Below are positions 29,977-39,525 of a stretch of 64,000 nucleotides of DNA, in pieces. Below the pieces are notes generated by a model, which saw only the letters and a program-made list of their open reading frames with translations, did no database searches and had not been told where the DNA came from. The translations under genes were made by a program, and so were the position numbers. The DNA is from an uncultured Verrucomicrobiae bacterium (lineage in GTDB: Bacteria > Verrucomicrobiota > Verrucomicrobiia > Limisphaerales > UBA11358). Location of the stretch: NCBI GenBank assembly GCA_963738175.1, contig CAVTVI010000011.1, positions 18,568 through 82,567 on the forward strand, in the 5' to 3' direction. How positions within the stretch are numbered: the first letter of the stretch is position 1; each line of letters opens with the position of its first letter.

Positions 29977-30780
29977 ATGAAACTTTCATTAAAAAACAAA
30001 TGGGTGCTCATCACCGGCGCGTCGAGCGGATTTGGCGCGGCGGCGGCGCGGGTGTTCGGCGCTGAAGGCGCGAAGCTGCTGCTCGGTGCGCGCCGCGTTG
30101 ACCGCTTGAAAAAAGTCGCGGCGGAATCAAAAAAATCCGGCGCGGCGGCGGCGCATTTTCACGAACTGGACGTTTCAAAAACCGCGAGCGTCGAAAAATT
30201 TATTTCGTGGGTGAGGAAGAAAATCGTAAATCGTAAATCCGAAATCGCAAATCTCCACGTCCTCGTCAACAACGCCGGTGGCGCGCACGGACTCGACACG
30301 ATTGCCGAGGGCAAGGACGCGGATTGGGAGGCGATGATCCAGTCGAACGTGCTCGGTGTCTTGCGCGTGACGCGCGCGGCGCTGCCGTTGATTTCGCGCG
30401 ACGCCGGCGCGAGCATCATCAACATCGGCTCGGTCGCCGGCCACGCGGTTTATGAAGGCGGCGCGGTGTATTGCGCGGCCAAGGGCGCTGAATTGCAGAT
30501 CACCCGCGCGCTGCGGCTTGAACTGCTCGGCACGGGCATCCGCGTCGGCACGGTGGATCCGGGTCTGGCGGAAACGGAATTTTCGCTCGTGCGTTTCAAG
30601 GGCGACGCCGTCAACGCCAGAAAAGTTTATGAAGGCATGAATCCGCTGACGGCCGCTGACATCGCAGAAATTCTGGTCTGGATTGCAAGCCGCCCGTCGC
30701 ACGTCAACGTTGACGAACTCATCGTCAAGCCGGTTGATCAGGCGGCGATAGGAAAAGTTTTTCGGCGTAACGCAAAGTAA
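29977..30780 (+). CDS. SDR family NAD(P)-dependent oxidoreductase
   Basis: ITGASSGFG, NNAG and YCAAK motifs. It contains an in-frame heptad-repeat insert (KKIVNRKSEIAN). Confidence 0.85.
   Translation: MKLSLKNKWVLITGASSGFGAAAARVFGAEGAKLLLGARRVDRLKKVAAESKKSGAAAAHFHELDVSKTASVEKFISWVRKKIVNRKSEIANLHVLVNNAGGAHGLDTIAEGKDADWEAMIQSNVLGVLRVTRAALPLISRDAGASIINIGSVAGHAVYEGGAVYCAAKGAELQITRALRLELLGTGIRVGTVDPGLAETEFSLVRFKGDAVNARKVYEGMNPLTAADIAEILVWIASRPSHVNVDELIVKPVDQAAIGKVFRRNAK
30222..30253. repeat. AT-rich heptad repeat block inside the SDR coding sequence
   Basis: AATCGTA AATCGTA AATCCGA AATCGCA AATC. This is the same unit type as the intergenic block at 36450-36484. Confidence 0.6.
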
Positions 30781-30783
30781 ATT

Positions 30784-31953
30784 TCAAATTCCCCGGTTCG
30801 CGCGCCAGAGCAGCACGACGCCGACGGCTTGAAAAATAAAATTCGGCAGCCAGACAATCAGGTGCGGCGCAAATTCCGGTCGTGCGGCCAGCGCCTTGGC
30901 CGTCAAAATAAACGCGTAATAAATCAGCACGAGGCCGAGCGCGATGGCCACGCCGATGTTCGTCTCGCGCCGGTGCACGCGGATGCCCAGCGGAATCCCC
31001 ACGAGCGTGAACCCGAAGCACGCGAACGAAAAGGCGATCTGCCGGTTCATCTCCACGCGGACTGGCTCGGTCAAATCCTTTCGCTGCTGCCTGACTTCTT
31101 TCAATTGCGAAAGCAGTTCAATCGAATTGGTGGCGGCGGGCGGCGGCAGTCCCAGCTTCCGGTCCAGATCGGCAAGTTCTTCGCGCAACTGCCAGAATGT
31201 CATGTCGCTGATGCCGGGCGTAAATGTTTTTTTCATGGAGTTGGTCAGGCTCAAATCAAAAACCGAATCCGGCGAGGAACCGATGAGCACGCGTTCGCCG
31301 GTCGTCACGCTGCGGGCGTCAAACAGGTGCAGCACGAGCTGCTTGTTCGGCGCATCCAGATCAATCGTGCCGCGCGGCGCGCGGACGGTCGTGGTGACGT
31401 TGGTTTCATTTTTGTCGAGCACGAAGACCATCACGTCCTGCAATTTGCCGTCGTGGTTCTTTTCCGCATAAAAAATGTAGCCGGGAAAATCGCGGATGAA
31501 CCGGCCTTCCGGCAGTTGCGTGTTGCTCATCAATTCCCCGCTCAATTTGAAGAACAGATTCACATAGGCGGCGCGACATTGCGGGCCGAGCTGCATATTG
31601 ATCCAGGCGCTGACGCCGCAACAGAGCAGGCTTAACAGCAGCACCGGCGTGATGAGCGAGAGCAGGCTGATGCCGCTGGCGCGCGCGGCGGTGAGTTCCT
31701 GGTCCGCGCTGAAGCGGCCAAAGACCAGCAGCATCGCGGTGAGCAAAGCCATCGGCAGCGCGAAGACCCAGACCCACGGAATCAGCAGGCCGACGGCCTC
31801 GAACATGGTGTCCAACCGCGCGTGGCCGCTGACGAGCGCGGGCAGGATTTGCTGGAGCACGTTGCCGATGAGCAGGACGAACGTGAACACCGCCACCGTC
31901 AGGAACAGCGAGGCGAGCACCTGGCGGGTCAGATAATTATGCAGAGTTTTCAC
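30784..31953 (-). CDS. LptF/LptG family LPS export permease
   Basis: YjgP/YjgQ-type N-terminus (LHNYLTRQVLASLFLTVAVFTF) and six predicted TM segments around a periplasmic domain. Confidence 0.85.
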   Translation of the reverse strand: MKTLHNYLTRQVLASLFLTVAVFTFVLLIGNVLQQILPALVSGHARLDTMFEAVGLLIPWVWVFALPMALLTAMLLVFGRFSADQELTAARASGISLLSLITPVLLLSLLCCGVSAWINMQLGPQCRAAYVNLFFKLSGELMSNTQLPEGRFIRDFPGYIFYAEKNHDGKLQDVMVFVLDKNETNVTTTVRAPRGTIDLDAPNKQLVLHLFDARSVTTGERVLIGSSPDSVFDLSLTNSMKKTFTPGISDMTFWQLREELADLDRKLGLPPPAATNSIELLSQLKEVRQQRKDLTEPVRVEMNRQIAFSFACFGFTLVGIPLGIRVHRRETNIGVAIALGLVLIYYAFILTAKALAARPEFAPHLIVWLPNFIFQAVGVVLLWRANRGI

Positions 31954-32188
31954 GCGGTCGTTTTGGCGGATTTACGGCTCGCACACGTTTAATGGAGTTT
32001 GTCCGCAAAGTCCACTGGCTAATAAGGCGGAAGACTAAAATTTGCCGCCGGATGCAGAAAGCACGGCCATCGCCGATGCGCGCCGTGAACTTCCACTGTG
32101 ATTTTATTCCTGATTCGTCGCGTGCAAGCCGGACAACCACGAGTAACGAACGCGCCAGGGTAATTTTCTAAAGAGATTTTATTTCGCC

Positions 32189-34033
32189 TTAATTTGTCAG
32201 ACCGGCCCGTTTTTGATAATACTGCTGCAGGACGAAAAATGCTTTTTTCTTCGTGCCATCGCTGGAGATGAGACCTTTGCGATTGTAACCATCTTCGATG
32301 CCCGGCAACACGCGGCGCGGCGAGCGGAAGTCTATCAGAATCCACGGCGAAAAACCGGCGAGGCCGTCAATCTTGTCGAGCATCGCCAAAGTCTGGCGGT
32401 AAAGGTCTTCCTGAAATTCCTCGGTCCAGCGCTGGTCTTTGCCGCCGTGCAAACCCTGTTTCGCGTCGCCGCCAAATTCACTGATGAACGCCGGTTTGTC
32501 GTAAGGGATTTCCCAGGTGACTTTGGAACATTTTTCCGGCAGCCCGTCATACCAGCCGATGTATTCGTTGAAGGCGACGACATCCACGATGTCCGCCAGC
32601 GGATCCTGGACGACGTTCACATTGGTCGCGCCCGGCTTGGCGTGTATTTCCATCGCCGCGCTCAACAACCGCGTTTTGTCCAGAGAACGCGCCTGCGCGG
32701 CAAGCTTTGAAATAAATTCCGTGCGCGCCTCGCTGACGGGTGTCTCGTTGGCCAGCGACCAGATGATGATGCTGGCGCGGTTGGCGTCGCGCTCGATTTC
32801 ATCAGAGAGCTGGCTTTGCGCGTTTTGATACGTCTCGGCGTTTGTCCAATCAATCGTCCAATACACCGGGACTTCCGACCAGACCAGAATACCGAGTTCG
32901 TCGGCGAGACGCGTCATCGCTTCGGTGTGCGGATAATGCGCGAGCCGGACGAAGTTACAGCCCAATTCCTTCGCCCAGAGTAAAAGTTGCTTTGCTTGGT
33001 CTGCAGTCGTCACGCGTCCGCCGCCGTTGAGCGGAAATTCTCCATGAATGCAAATGCCGCGCAGGAAAATCGGTTTGCCATTCAGCAGAATCTGTTTGCC
33101 CTGCGTGCGCACGGTGCGAAAGCCGATACGTTCCGCCACCGTGTCGCCGCCGTGAGAAATGTGAACATCATACAGCTTCGGAGTTTCGGGACTCCAGAGC
33201 TGCAACTTGGCCGGAGTAAATCGAAAAGCCGCGCGGCCCGAGGCATCCGTTTTGGCGGACAACTCCTCGCCCAGTTCGGGAATGGAAAGTTGCACCGGCT
33301 CGCCTTCGCCGACGCCGTTGATTTGCACCCAGCCGGAAATCACGCCCGTCTGCTCGGATTCCAGCGCGAGCCGATGATCGGCGATAAATTCCTTCGGCAC
33401 GGTGACGAGTTTCACCTCGCGCGTGATGCCGCCGTAATTCCACCAGTCCGTGATCACCGTGGGCACGCCATCCTTGGAGCGCTTGTTGTCCACTTTGACC
33501 ACCAGCGAGTTTTCACCTTTTTTGAGAAACCGGGTCACGTCAAAGGTGAACGGCGTGAAACCGCCGACGTGCACGCCGAGTTTTTTGCCATTGAGATAAA
33601 CGTCCGCGCGATAATTCACCGCGCCGAAACGCAGGAACACGCTTTGTCCTTCGCCTGCCCCGGCGAAGTCAAATTTCCGGCGATACCACACGCTGCCTTC
33701 GTAATACAGCAACTCCGGGCGTTGCGTGTTCCAGTCGCCCGGCACGTCGAGCGAGGGTGACGTGTCGAAATCATATTCCACCCGCTCGCCCGGATCGTTT
33801 GGTTTGACATCCAGAAAAAATGTCTCGGCGCGGGATGGATTGTCGTTCAAATCGCGCTGGGCGTGGCGGTAGTCGTAAAATCCGCTTTCGTAGGGATCAA
33901 TGATGATCTTCCATTCGCCGTCCAGCGAAACGCCGTCGTGCAGGAAGAGGTCGGGAATGTTGTCGGCATGAAGCAGCGGGACGGCAAGCGCCGCCGTGCA
34001 GACCAGCAAGGAAAGTCGGAACATTTTTTTCAT
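32189..34033 (-). CDS. Glycoside hydrolase family 2 protein (beta-galactosidase / beta-glucuronidase-like), secreted
   Basis: Signal peptide from ATG 34033, sugar-binding/Ig/TIM layout, and WSLANE and ISEFG catalytic-region motifs. Confidence 0.85.
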   Translation of the reverse strand: MKKMFRLSLLVCTAALAVPLLHADNIPDLFLHDGVSLDGEWKIIIDPYESGFYDYRHAQRDLNDNPSRAETFFLDVKPNDPGERVEYDFDTSPSLDVPGDWNTQRPELLYYEGSVWYRRKFDFAGAGEGQSVFLRFGAVNYRADVYLNGKKLGVHVGGFTPFTFDVTRFLKKGENSLVVKVDNKRSKDGVPTVITDWWNYGGITREVKLVTVPKEFIADHRLALESEQTGVISGWVQINGVGEGEPVQLSIPELGEELSAKTDASGRAAFRFTPAKLQLWSPETPKLYDVHISHGGDTVAERIGFRTVRTQGKQILLNGKPIFLRGICIHGEFPLNGGGRVTTADQAKQLLLWAKELGCNFVRLAHYPHTEAMTRLADELGILVWSEVPVYWTIDWTNAETYQNAQSQLSDEIERDANRASIIIWSLANETPVSEARTEFISKLAAQARSLDKTRLLSAAMEIHAKPGATNVNVVQDPLADIVDVVAFNEYIGWYDGLPEKCSKVTWEIPYDKPAFISEFGGDAKQGLHGGKDQRWTEEFQEDLYRQTLAMLDKIDGLAGFSPWILIDFRSPRRVLPGIEDGYNRKGLISSDGTKKKAFFVLQQYYQKRAGLTN

Positions 34034-34209
34034 TTCAATTTTTGTATGTTTTTTGTGACAAGTGATTTCAAAAAACTTCGCGGGGAACATGGTTATGCCA
34101 AATAGTAGGCGAAGGCTTTCCACACGGCAAAACAATTAGATGCGCTTTGGGCAATTCAATTTGACTTCGGCGAATTGACGGAGCGATAACGCTTCTCTAA
34201 ACTCCGCTC

Positions 34210-35724
34210 ATGGCAAAAAAATCCGCCGCGAAACCAACCGTTGCTTCTCAACGGTTAAAATCTTCCGCGCTCGTGGATACGCGCCTAATTTATTGCGGCG
34301 ACAATCTGGAACAGCTTAAAAAGTTTCCGAAAGAATGCGTAGACCTGATTTACATTGACCCGCCATTCAACTCCAACCGCAACTACGAAGTCTTCTGGCC
34401 GGAAACGAGCGAGCGTCGGCGTTTTGATGACCGTCACGAATCCACAAAAGCTTACATTGATTACATGAGGCCACGTTGCGTGGAAATGTCCCGCGTCCTC
34501 AAAAAGACCGGCAGCTTTTATTATCATTGCGACTGGCACGCGAGCCATTATGTGAAGGTGATGCTTGACCAGATTTTTAATGAAAATAATTTCCAATGTG
34601 AAATTATTTGGCATCGGACGCTGGCAAAGGGGCTGGCTTTTAATGGCTTTCCAAACAACCACGACACGCTTTTTTATTATGTTGGCGGTGGTGAGATCAC
34701 TTTCAACCGGCCTTACAATCCCTACGACTTGGACAACCTTGATGAGAAAACGGCGGGAAAGTATTCTCACCGCGATCCCGACGGACGGCTTTATCAGTTG
34801 GACAATTTGCTCAATCCGAATCCGGACCGCCCGAATCTCACCTACGAATTTTTAGGCCACACCAAAGTCTGGCGTTGGACGAAGGAACGGATGCAAGAAG
34901 CTTACGAAAATGGAATTGTTGTCCAACCGAGTGCTGGTGCAGTGCCGCGAATGAAGCGTTATCTCGACGAACAAGAAGGCCGTCCAATTGACAGCGTGTG
35001 GACAGACATTCCGCCGATAAATTCTCAAGCCAAGGAAAGGCTCGGTTATCCCACGCAAAAACCGCTGGCGCTGCTGGATCGAATTATTCGGGCGAGTAGC
35101 AAAGAAAACGACATCGTGCTGGATGCGTTCTGTGGTTGCGGCACGGCACTCGTCGCCGCTCAAAGACTCAAACGACAATGGATTGGAATTGATATTTCTC
35201 CAACAGCCTGCCGCGTCATGGCGAAACGGCTGCGTGACGTTTGCGGCCTGCCTGAAAACGAAACGCTTTGGAAAGCGCAACGCGGTTTCATTGTTCGTGA
35301 CCTGCCGAAAACTGAAAAGGAACTCCGTAAATATCCGCACTTTGAATTTGAGAACTGGGCGGTCGTCGCGCTGGGTGGAATTCCGAACAAAGTGCAGGTT
35401 GGCGACATGGGAATTGATGGCCGCATTTATCCGGTTTCATCCAGTGCCACGCCGCGCAAGAAACAGGAAGGCGAACTGCCATTGAAAGAACGCTGGTATC
35501 CGATTCAAGTGAAGCAGACCGACAAAGTTGGCCGTCCCGACATTGATTCATTCGAGGCCATGATGATGCGCGAAGATTGTGACAAAGGATTTTTCGTCGG
35601 CTTCGATTTCTCCAGTGACGCGCTGACGGAAATCAGCAAATTTTTCAAGCGCACCGGCAAAGTGATTCAAGCCCTGACCGTCCGCGAGATTTTGGAAGAG
35701 GAAATTGCGATGAAGCTGGCGTAG
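34210..35724 (+). CDS. Beta-class N6A/N4C DNA methyltransferase fused to a C-terminal PD-(D/E)XK (Mrr-like) nuclease domain
   Basis: Motif IV IDPPFNS precedes motif I DAFCGCGT. The C-terminal 130 aa have GDMGIDGR ... WYPIQVKQ ... GFFVGFDFS. GC is lower than in the neighbouring genes. Confidence 0.8.
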   Translation: MAKKSAAKPTVASQRLKSSALVDTRLIYCGDNLEQLKKFPKECVDLIYIDPPFNSNRNYEVFWPETSERRRFDDRHESTKAYIDYMRPRCVEMSRVLKKTGSFYYHCDWHASHYVKVMLDQIFNENNFQCEIIWHRTLAKGLAFNGFPNNHDTLFYYVGGGEITFNRPYNPYDLDNLDEKTAGKYSHRDPDGRLYQLDNLLNPNPDRPNLTYEFLGHTKVWRWTKERMQEAYENGIVVQPSAGAVPRMKRYLDEQEGRPIDSVWTDIPPINSQAKERLGYPTQKPLALLDRIIRASSKENDIVLDAFCGCGTALVAAQRLKRQWIGIDISPTACRVMAKRLRDVCGLPENETLWKAQRGFIVRDLPKTEKELRKYPHFEFENWAVVALGGIPNKVQVGDMGIDGRIYPVSSSATPRKKQEGELPLKERWYPIQVKQTDKVGRPDIDSFEAMMMREDCDKGFFVGFDFSSDALTEISKFFKRTGKVIQALTVREILEEEIAMKLA

Positions 35725-35792
35725 GATTTTAATTTTATGGTCGGCTTATAATTTGTTCAAATCCCGCAAAAAGACGTGACGCGTGCGTTATC

Positions 35793-36212
35793 CTAATTGG
35801 CAACCGGCTTCGTCTCCACATTCAATTTGCCCTGCGGCCAGAACGGTTTCCGAAAGGCGTCGGTGAAATCGTAGCCGTTCTGAAAATCGTCGCGGCTGTC
35901 CTTGTCGGTCTTGGCGAGCAGGCTGATCTCCACCATGTTGAACACGATGTCGCCGAAGTCGCGGCAGCTTTTCACGCCCCATTCCTCGAACACGGTCACG
36001 GCCATCGGGCCGAATTGCTGGAGCGCAAACTGCCGGATGCCGTCGAGCAGTTCCTGCCCGGTGATGTGGCGGATGCTGCCGCTGCTTTGCTTGCCGATGA
36101 GTTTCTGCGTGAAGTCGAGCGCCTCGCGCACGAACACATAGGCGTCGCGCGAGAAACGCGCGTCCTTCGCGAGGATTTGCTCCACGGCTTCGTCGAAATT
36201 GATTTCGTGCAT
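35793..36212 (-). CDS. Minf_1886-family-like protein (Verrucomicrobia/Planctomycetes-restricted)
   Basis: DAYVFVREALDFT...RHITGQELLDG...WGVKSCRDFGDIVFNMV pattern, recalled from that family. Confidence 0.55.
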   Translation of the reverse strand: MHEINFDEAVEQILAKDARFSRDAYVFVREALDFTQKLIGKQSSGSIRHITGQELLDGIRQFALQQFGPMAVTVFEEWGVKSCRDFGDIVFNMVEISLLAKTDKDSRDDFQNGYDFTDAFRKPFWPQGKLNVETKPVAN

Positions 36213-36213
36213 T

Positions 36214-36318
36214 TTAAGGTTTGGCTTCTTGAACCGTCGCCGTCGGCGGATGCGCGGTGCGATATGTTTTCACCGCCCATCCTGTCAGCAACAATCCCAG
36301 AACGATAATCAGAAACAT
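36214..36318 (-). CDS. Possible 34-aa membrane peptide coupled to the downstream gene
   Basis: MFLIIVLGLLLTGWAVKTYRTAHPPTATVQEAKP. Its stop lies 1 nt before the next ATG. There is no other support. Confidence 0.2.
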   Translation of the reverse strand: MFLIIVLGLLLTGWAVKTYRTAHPPTATVQEAKP

Positions 36319-36385
36319 TTGCTCCTGCTTCGTGAGCCGGTTCACGGGGACAATGTAGCGGAAAATAAATGAACGGCAACAATGC

Positions 36386-36484
36386 GATTTTATTTATGAT
36401 TTAAGATTTACGATTTATGATTTGTGCAATTAAACTTCCCGTGCCGGTGAAATCATCAATCATCAATCAAAAATCGTAAATCAC
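36386..36484. repeat. Inverted pair of heptad-repeat blocks with a 23-nt spacer (no cargo)
   Basis: The left block is 5 x ATTTNNG (36392-36426). The right block is 5 x AATCNNN (36450-36484). Both contain GATTTACGATTT or its complement. The pair ends 1 nt before the ATG of the FAH gene. Confidence 0.65.
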
Positions 36485-36485
36485 C

Positions 36486-37242
36486 ATGGCAGCCATTGGC
36501 CGATTTCAGAAAGGCGACGACATTTTCCACGCGAAAGTCGTGGACGGCGAATTGTTCCGTCTGCGCGGCGACGTCTTCGGCTCGCCGTCGTTCGACAGAA
36601 AATCCACGCCGCGCAAAGGCGTAAAAACTTTGATTCCCGTCGTGCCGTCGAAAATCATCTGCGTCGGTTTGAACTATGCCGACCATGCGCGTGAAACCGG
36701 AAAACAATTGCCGAAAGAACCACTGATTTGGTTCAAAGCGACGACTTCGCTTTTGCCGGACGGCGCGAAGATTGAGATTCCATTTCCGAAACATCGCACG
36801 GATTACGAGGCGGAATTGTGCATCGTCATCGGGCGCAAAGATCCGCAACGTCTCGCCCACGCAGGCGTCGCGCTACATTTTCGGCTACACCGCGTCGCAG
36901 GACATCAGCGACCGCACGATCCAGAAAGCCGATGGCCAGTGGGCGCGCGCGAAATCGTTTGATACGTTCACGCCGCTCGGCCCGCTGGTGGAAACGAAAA
37001 TTGATCCGAACGAACTCAACATCCAGCTTTTCCAGAACGGCCAGTTGCGCCAGAACTCGAACACGAAGCAACTCATCTTCAAGCCGCACGAACTCGTCAG
37101 CTTCATCTCGACGAACCTCACGCTGCTGCCCGGCGACGTGATTCTCACCGGCACGCCCAGCGGCATCGGCCCGATCCAAAGCGGCGACAAACTGGAAGTG
37201 CGGATTCAAGGACTCGCGCCGCTGGTCAATTCAGTGAAATAA
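36486..37242 (+). pseudogene. Fumarylacetoacetate hydrolase family protein with a frameshift near 36840
   Basis: IICVGLNYADHA...DYEAELCIVIGRK lies in one frame. RNVSPTQASRYIFGYTASQDISDR...GDVILTGTPSGIG continues in the +1 frame. Confidence 0.8.
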
Positions 37243-37249
37243 AATAATG

Positions 37250-37284
37250 TCGAATTTCGAGTGCCGAATTCCGAATTTAATTCC
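37250..37284. repeat. Heptad-repeat block, left boundary of the four-helix-bundle cassette
   Basis: TCGAATTTCGAGTGCCGAATTCCGAATTT. TCGAATTTCGAGTG is the reverse complement of CACTCGAAATTCGA at 37647-37660. Confidence 0.65.
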
Positions 37285-37289
37285 TGCTT

Positions 37290-37634
37290 ATGAATGATTT
37301 GAAATTGCGAACGAAGAGATTTGCTTTGGACACAATCAAATTTTGTTCTCAACTTCCAAACAAGGCGGAATTTCAAGTCATCAGCCGTCAATTGATTCGT
37401 TCGGCCACGTCAGTGGCCGCGAATTATCGCGCAGTTTGTCGCGCAAAATCCAAGCCCGATTTCATCAACAAACTTTCCATTGTCGAAGAAGAAGCGGATG
37501 AGTCGGCATTTTGGCTGGAAATGCTTGCCGAATTGCGCAACGGCGACAAAGTCGAGCTTGCCAGACTGAGCGACGAAGCTTCTCAATTAACCGCCATCAT
37601 GGTCAGTTCCAAAAAGACCGCGCGAGGGAATTGA
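37290..37634 (+). CDS. Four-helix-bundle protein (23S rRNA intervening-sequence protein / Avd family)
   Basis: FALDTIKF...ISRQLIRSATSVAANYRA...KLSIVEEEADESAFWLEML is the signature of this family. GC is low. Confidence 0.8.
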   Translation: MNDLKLRTKRFALDTIKFCSQLPNKAEFQVISRQLIRSATSVAANYRAVCRAKSKPDFINKLSIVEEEADESAFWLEMLAELRNGDKVELARLSDEASQLTAIMVSSKKTARGN

Positions 37635-37668
37635 TTCGACATTCGACACTCGAAATTCGAAATTTAAC
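37633..37668. repeat. Heptad-repeat block, right boundary of the cassette
   Basis: ATTCGAC ATTCGAC ACTCGAA ATTCGAA ATTT. It is inverted relative to 37250-37284. Confidence 0.65.
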
Positions 37669-37672
37669 AAAC

Positions 37673-39515
37673 ATGAAGTGGTCACAAACATTAATCCCGA
37701 CGTTACGCGAAGCCCCGGCTGACGCGGAAATTGCGTCGCACAAACTTTTGCTGCGCGCCGGTCTCATCCGCAAGCTCGCTGGCGGAGTTTATACTTTTCT
37801 CCCGCTTGGTTTGCGCGCGTTGCGCAAGGTTGAAAAAATCATCCGCGAGGAAATGAATCGCGCTGGCGCGATCGAAGTGCTCATGCCCGCGCTGCAGCCG
37901 CCGGAAATCTGGCAGCAGAGCGGCCGTTACGAAACCGCGAGCAATGTGCTGTTCAAATTGAAGGATAGTGGCAATCGCGAATGGGTTTTGAGTCCGACGG
38001 CGGAAGAAGTCATCACCACGCTCGCCGCAAACGAGATCAATTCCTACCGGCAGTTGCCGAAGAATTTTTACCAGATCAGCGTAAAGTTCCGCGACGAAAT
38101 CCGCCCGCGCTTCGGTTTGATGCGCGCGAAGGAATTCATCATGAAGGACGCGTATTCGTTCGACACGACGGACGAAGCCGCGATGGCGAGCTACAAAAAA
38201 ATGTATGACGCCTACACGCAAATCTTCGCGCGCTGCGGGCTGAAGGCGTTTCCGGTTGAGGCTGACACTGGCGTGATCGGCGGAAATTATTCGCACGAAT
38301 TCATGGTTCCGGCGGAAACAGGGGAAAATGAAGTGGCGTTCTGCGAGACGTGCGGTTATGCGGCGAATATCGAGAAGGCGACCAGCGGCATTCCCAAAAC
38401 CGCCGCGCGCGAAATCGGCGCGGCGATTGAAAAATTTGCCACGCCCGGGGTCGTGACGATTGAAGCGTTGAGCAAGGAACCTTACAAAGTTCCCGCCAAT
38501 CGCCAGATAAAAACTTTGGTTTATATTGCAGACTCAAAACCGATTTTGATTTTGATTCGTGGTGATGACCAATTGAACGAAACGAAACTTTTGGCGAAGA
38601 CCGGCGTGGTTGCTGCGCGGCCAGCTACGGCAAACGAAATTTTTGAATTGCTCAATGCACACCCGGGAAGTTTGGGGGTTGTGTTCAACGTCCCTAAACA
38701 ATTCGGCAATATCGCTCTCACGGAGAGACAGCGTGTGGTGGAAAAAACGGAAATGTCTCAAGAAGTTATGAGGCAAGGTAAAAAAGTGAACCTTGAATTC
38801 GAAATTAGTAGCGAAGGAATTAATTGTTTATGCCGACGAACGGTTGCGCGGTGCGAACGACATGACGACCGGTGCGAACGAAGACGGTTTTCACTTAAAA
38901 AATGTTTCCATCGAACGCGACATAAAAGTTTCCGCGTGGTTTGATTTGCGGACGGTCACGGCAGGCGAGCCGTGCGTGAAATGCGGCAAGCCGTTGAAAA
39001 TTCGCCGCGCGATTGAAGTCGGCCACGTTTTCAAGCTCGGCACGAAATACAGCGAGGCGCTCAACGCGACTTTTCTCGACGAAGCGGGCGCGCGCAAACA
39101 TTCCGTCATGGGCTGCTACGGCATCGGCGTCACGCGGACGTTGCAGGCGGTGATAGAGCAGGGGAACGACAAGGATGGAATCATCTGGCCGTTGAGCGTC
39201 GCGCCGTATCAGGTTTGCATCACGCCGCTGGCGGTCGCGCCGGAAAGTGAAGTGATGAAACTGGCGGAAAAAATTTACGCGGAACTTTCCGCAAAAAATG
39301 TGGACGTGATCCTTGACGACCGCGACGAACGTCCCGGTGTGAAATTCAAGGATTCTGAACTGGTCGGTTTTCCAATCCGCATCGGCATCGGCGAAAAATC
39401 TCTGGCGAAAGGCGAAGTGGAAATCAAGCCGCGCAACGGCGCGTTGCAATCAATCAAAATCGAAGACGCACTGGCCGCCGTGCTGAATTTGCTGGAAGAA
39501 GGCGCGGCGAAATAA
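37673..39515 (+). pseudogene. proS: Proline--tRNA ligase (bacterial type with INS domain), frame break at about 38790-38830
   Basis: LLRAGLIRKLAGGVYTFLPLG, FRDEIRPRFGLMRAKEF and the INS region lie in the first frame. IVYADE...GANEDGFH...GHVFKLGTKYS...GCYGIGVTR continues in the +1 frame from 38793. Confidence 0.9.
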
Positions 39516-39525
39516 ATTCACGCCG

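Noticed and set aside
31954-32188. 235-nt spacer between the lptF/G start and the GH2 stop, considered as a possible ncRNA locus.
   Set aside because: I could not identify conserved structure, a promoter/terminator pair, or similarity to known RNA families (SRP, RNase P, tmRNA and 6S motifs were searched by eye).
36386-36484. Short-period tandem repeats here, and at 1189, 6063, 48454, 50844 and 54344, considered as possible CRISPR arrays.
   Set aside because: The periods are 7-11 nt and the units are contiguous, with no spacers. Blocks are only about 35 nt long. No cas genes are present.
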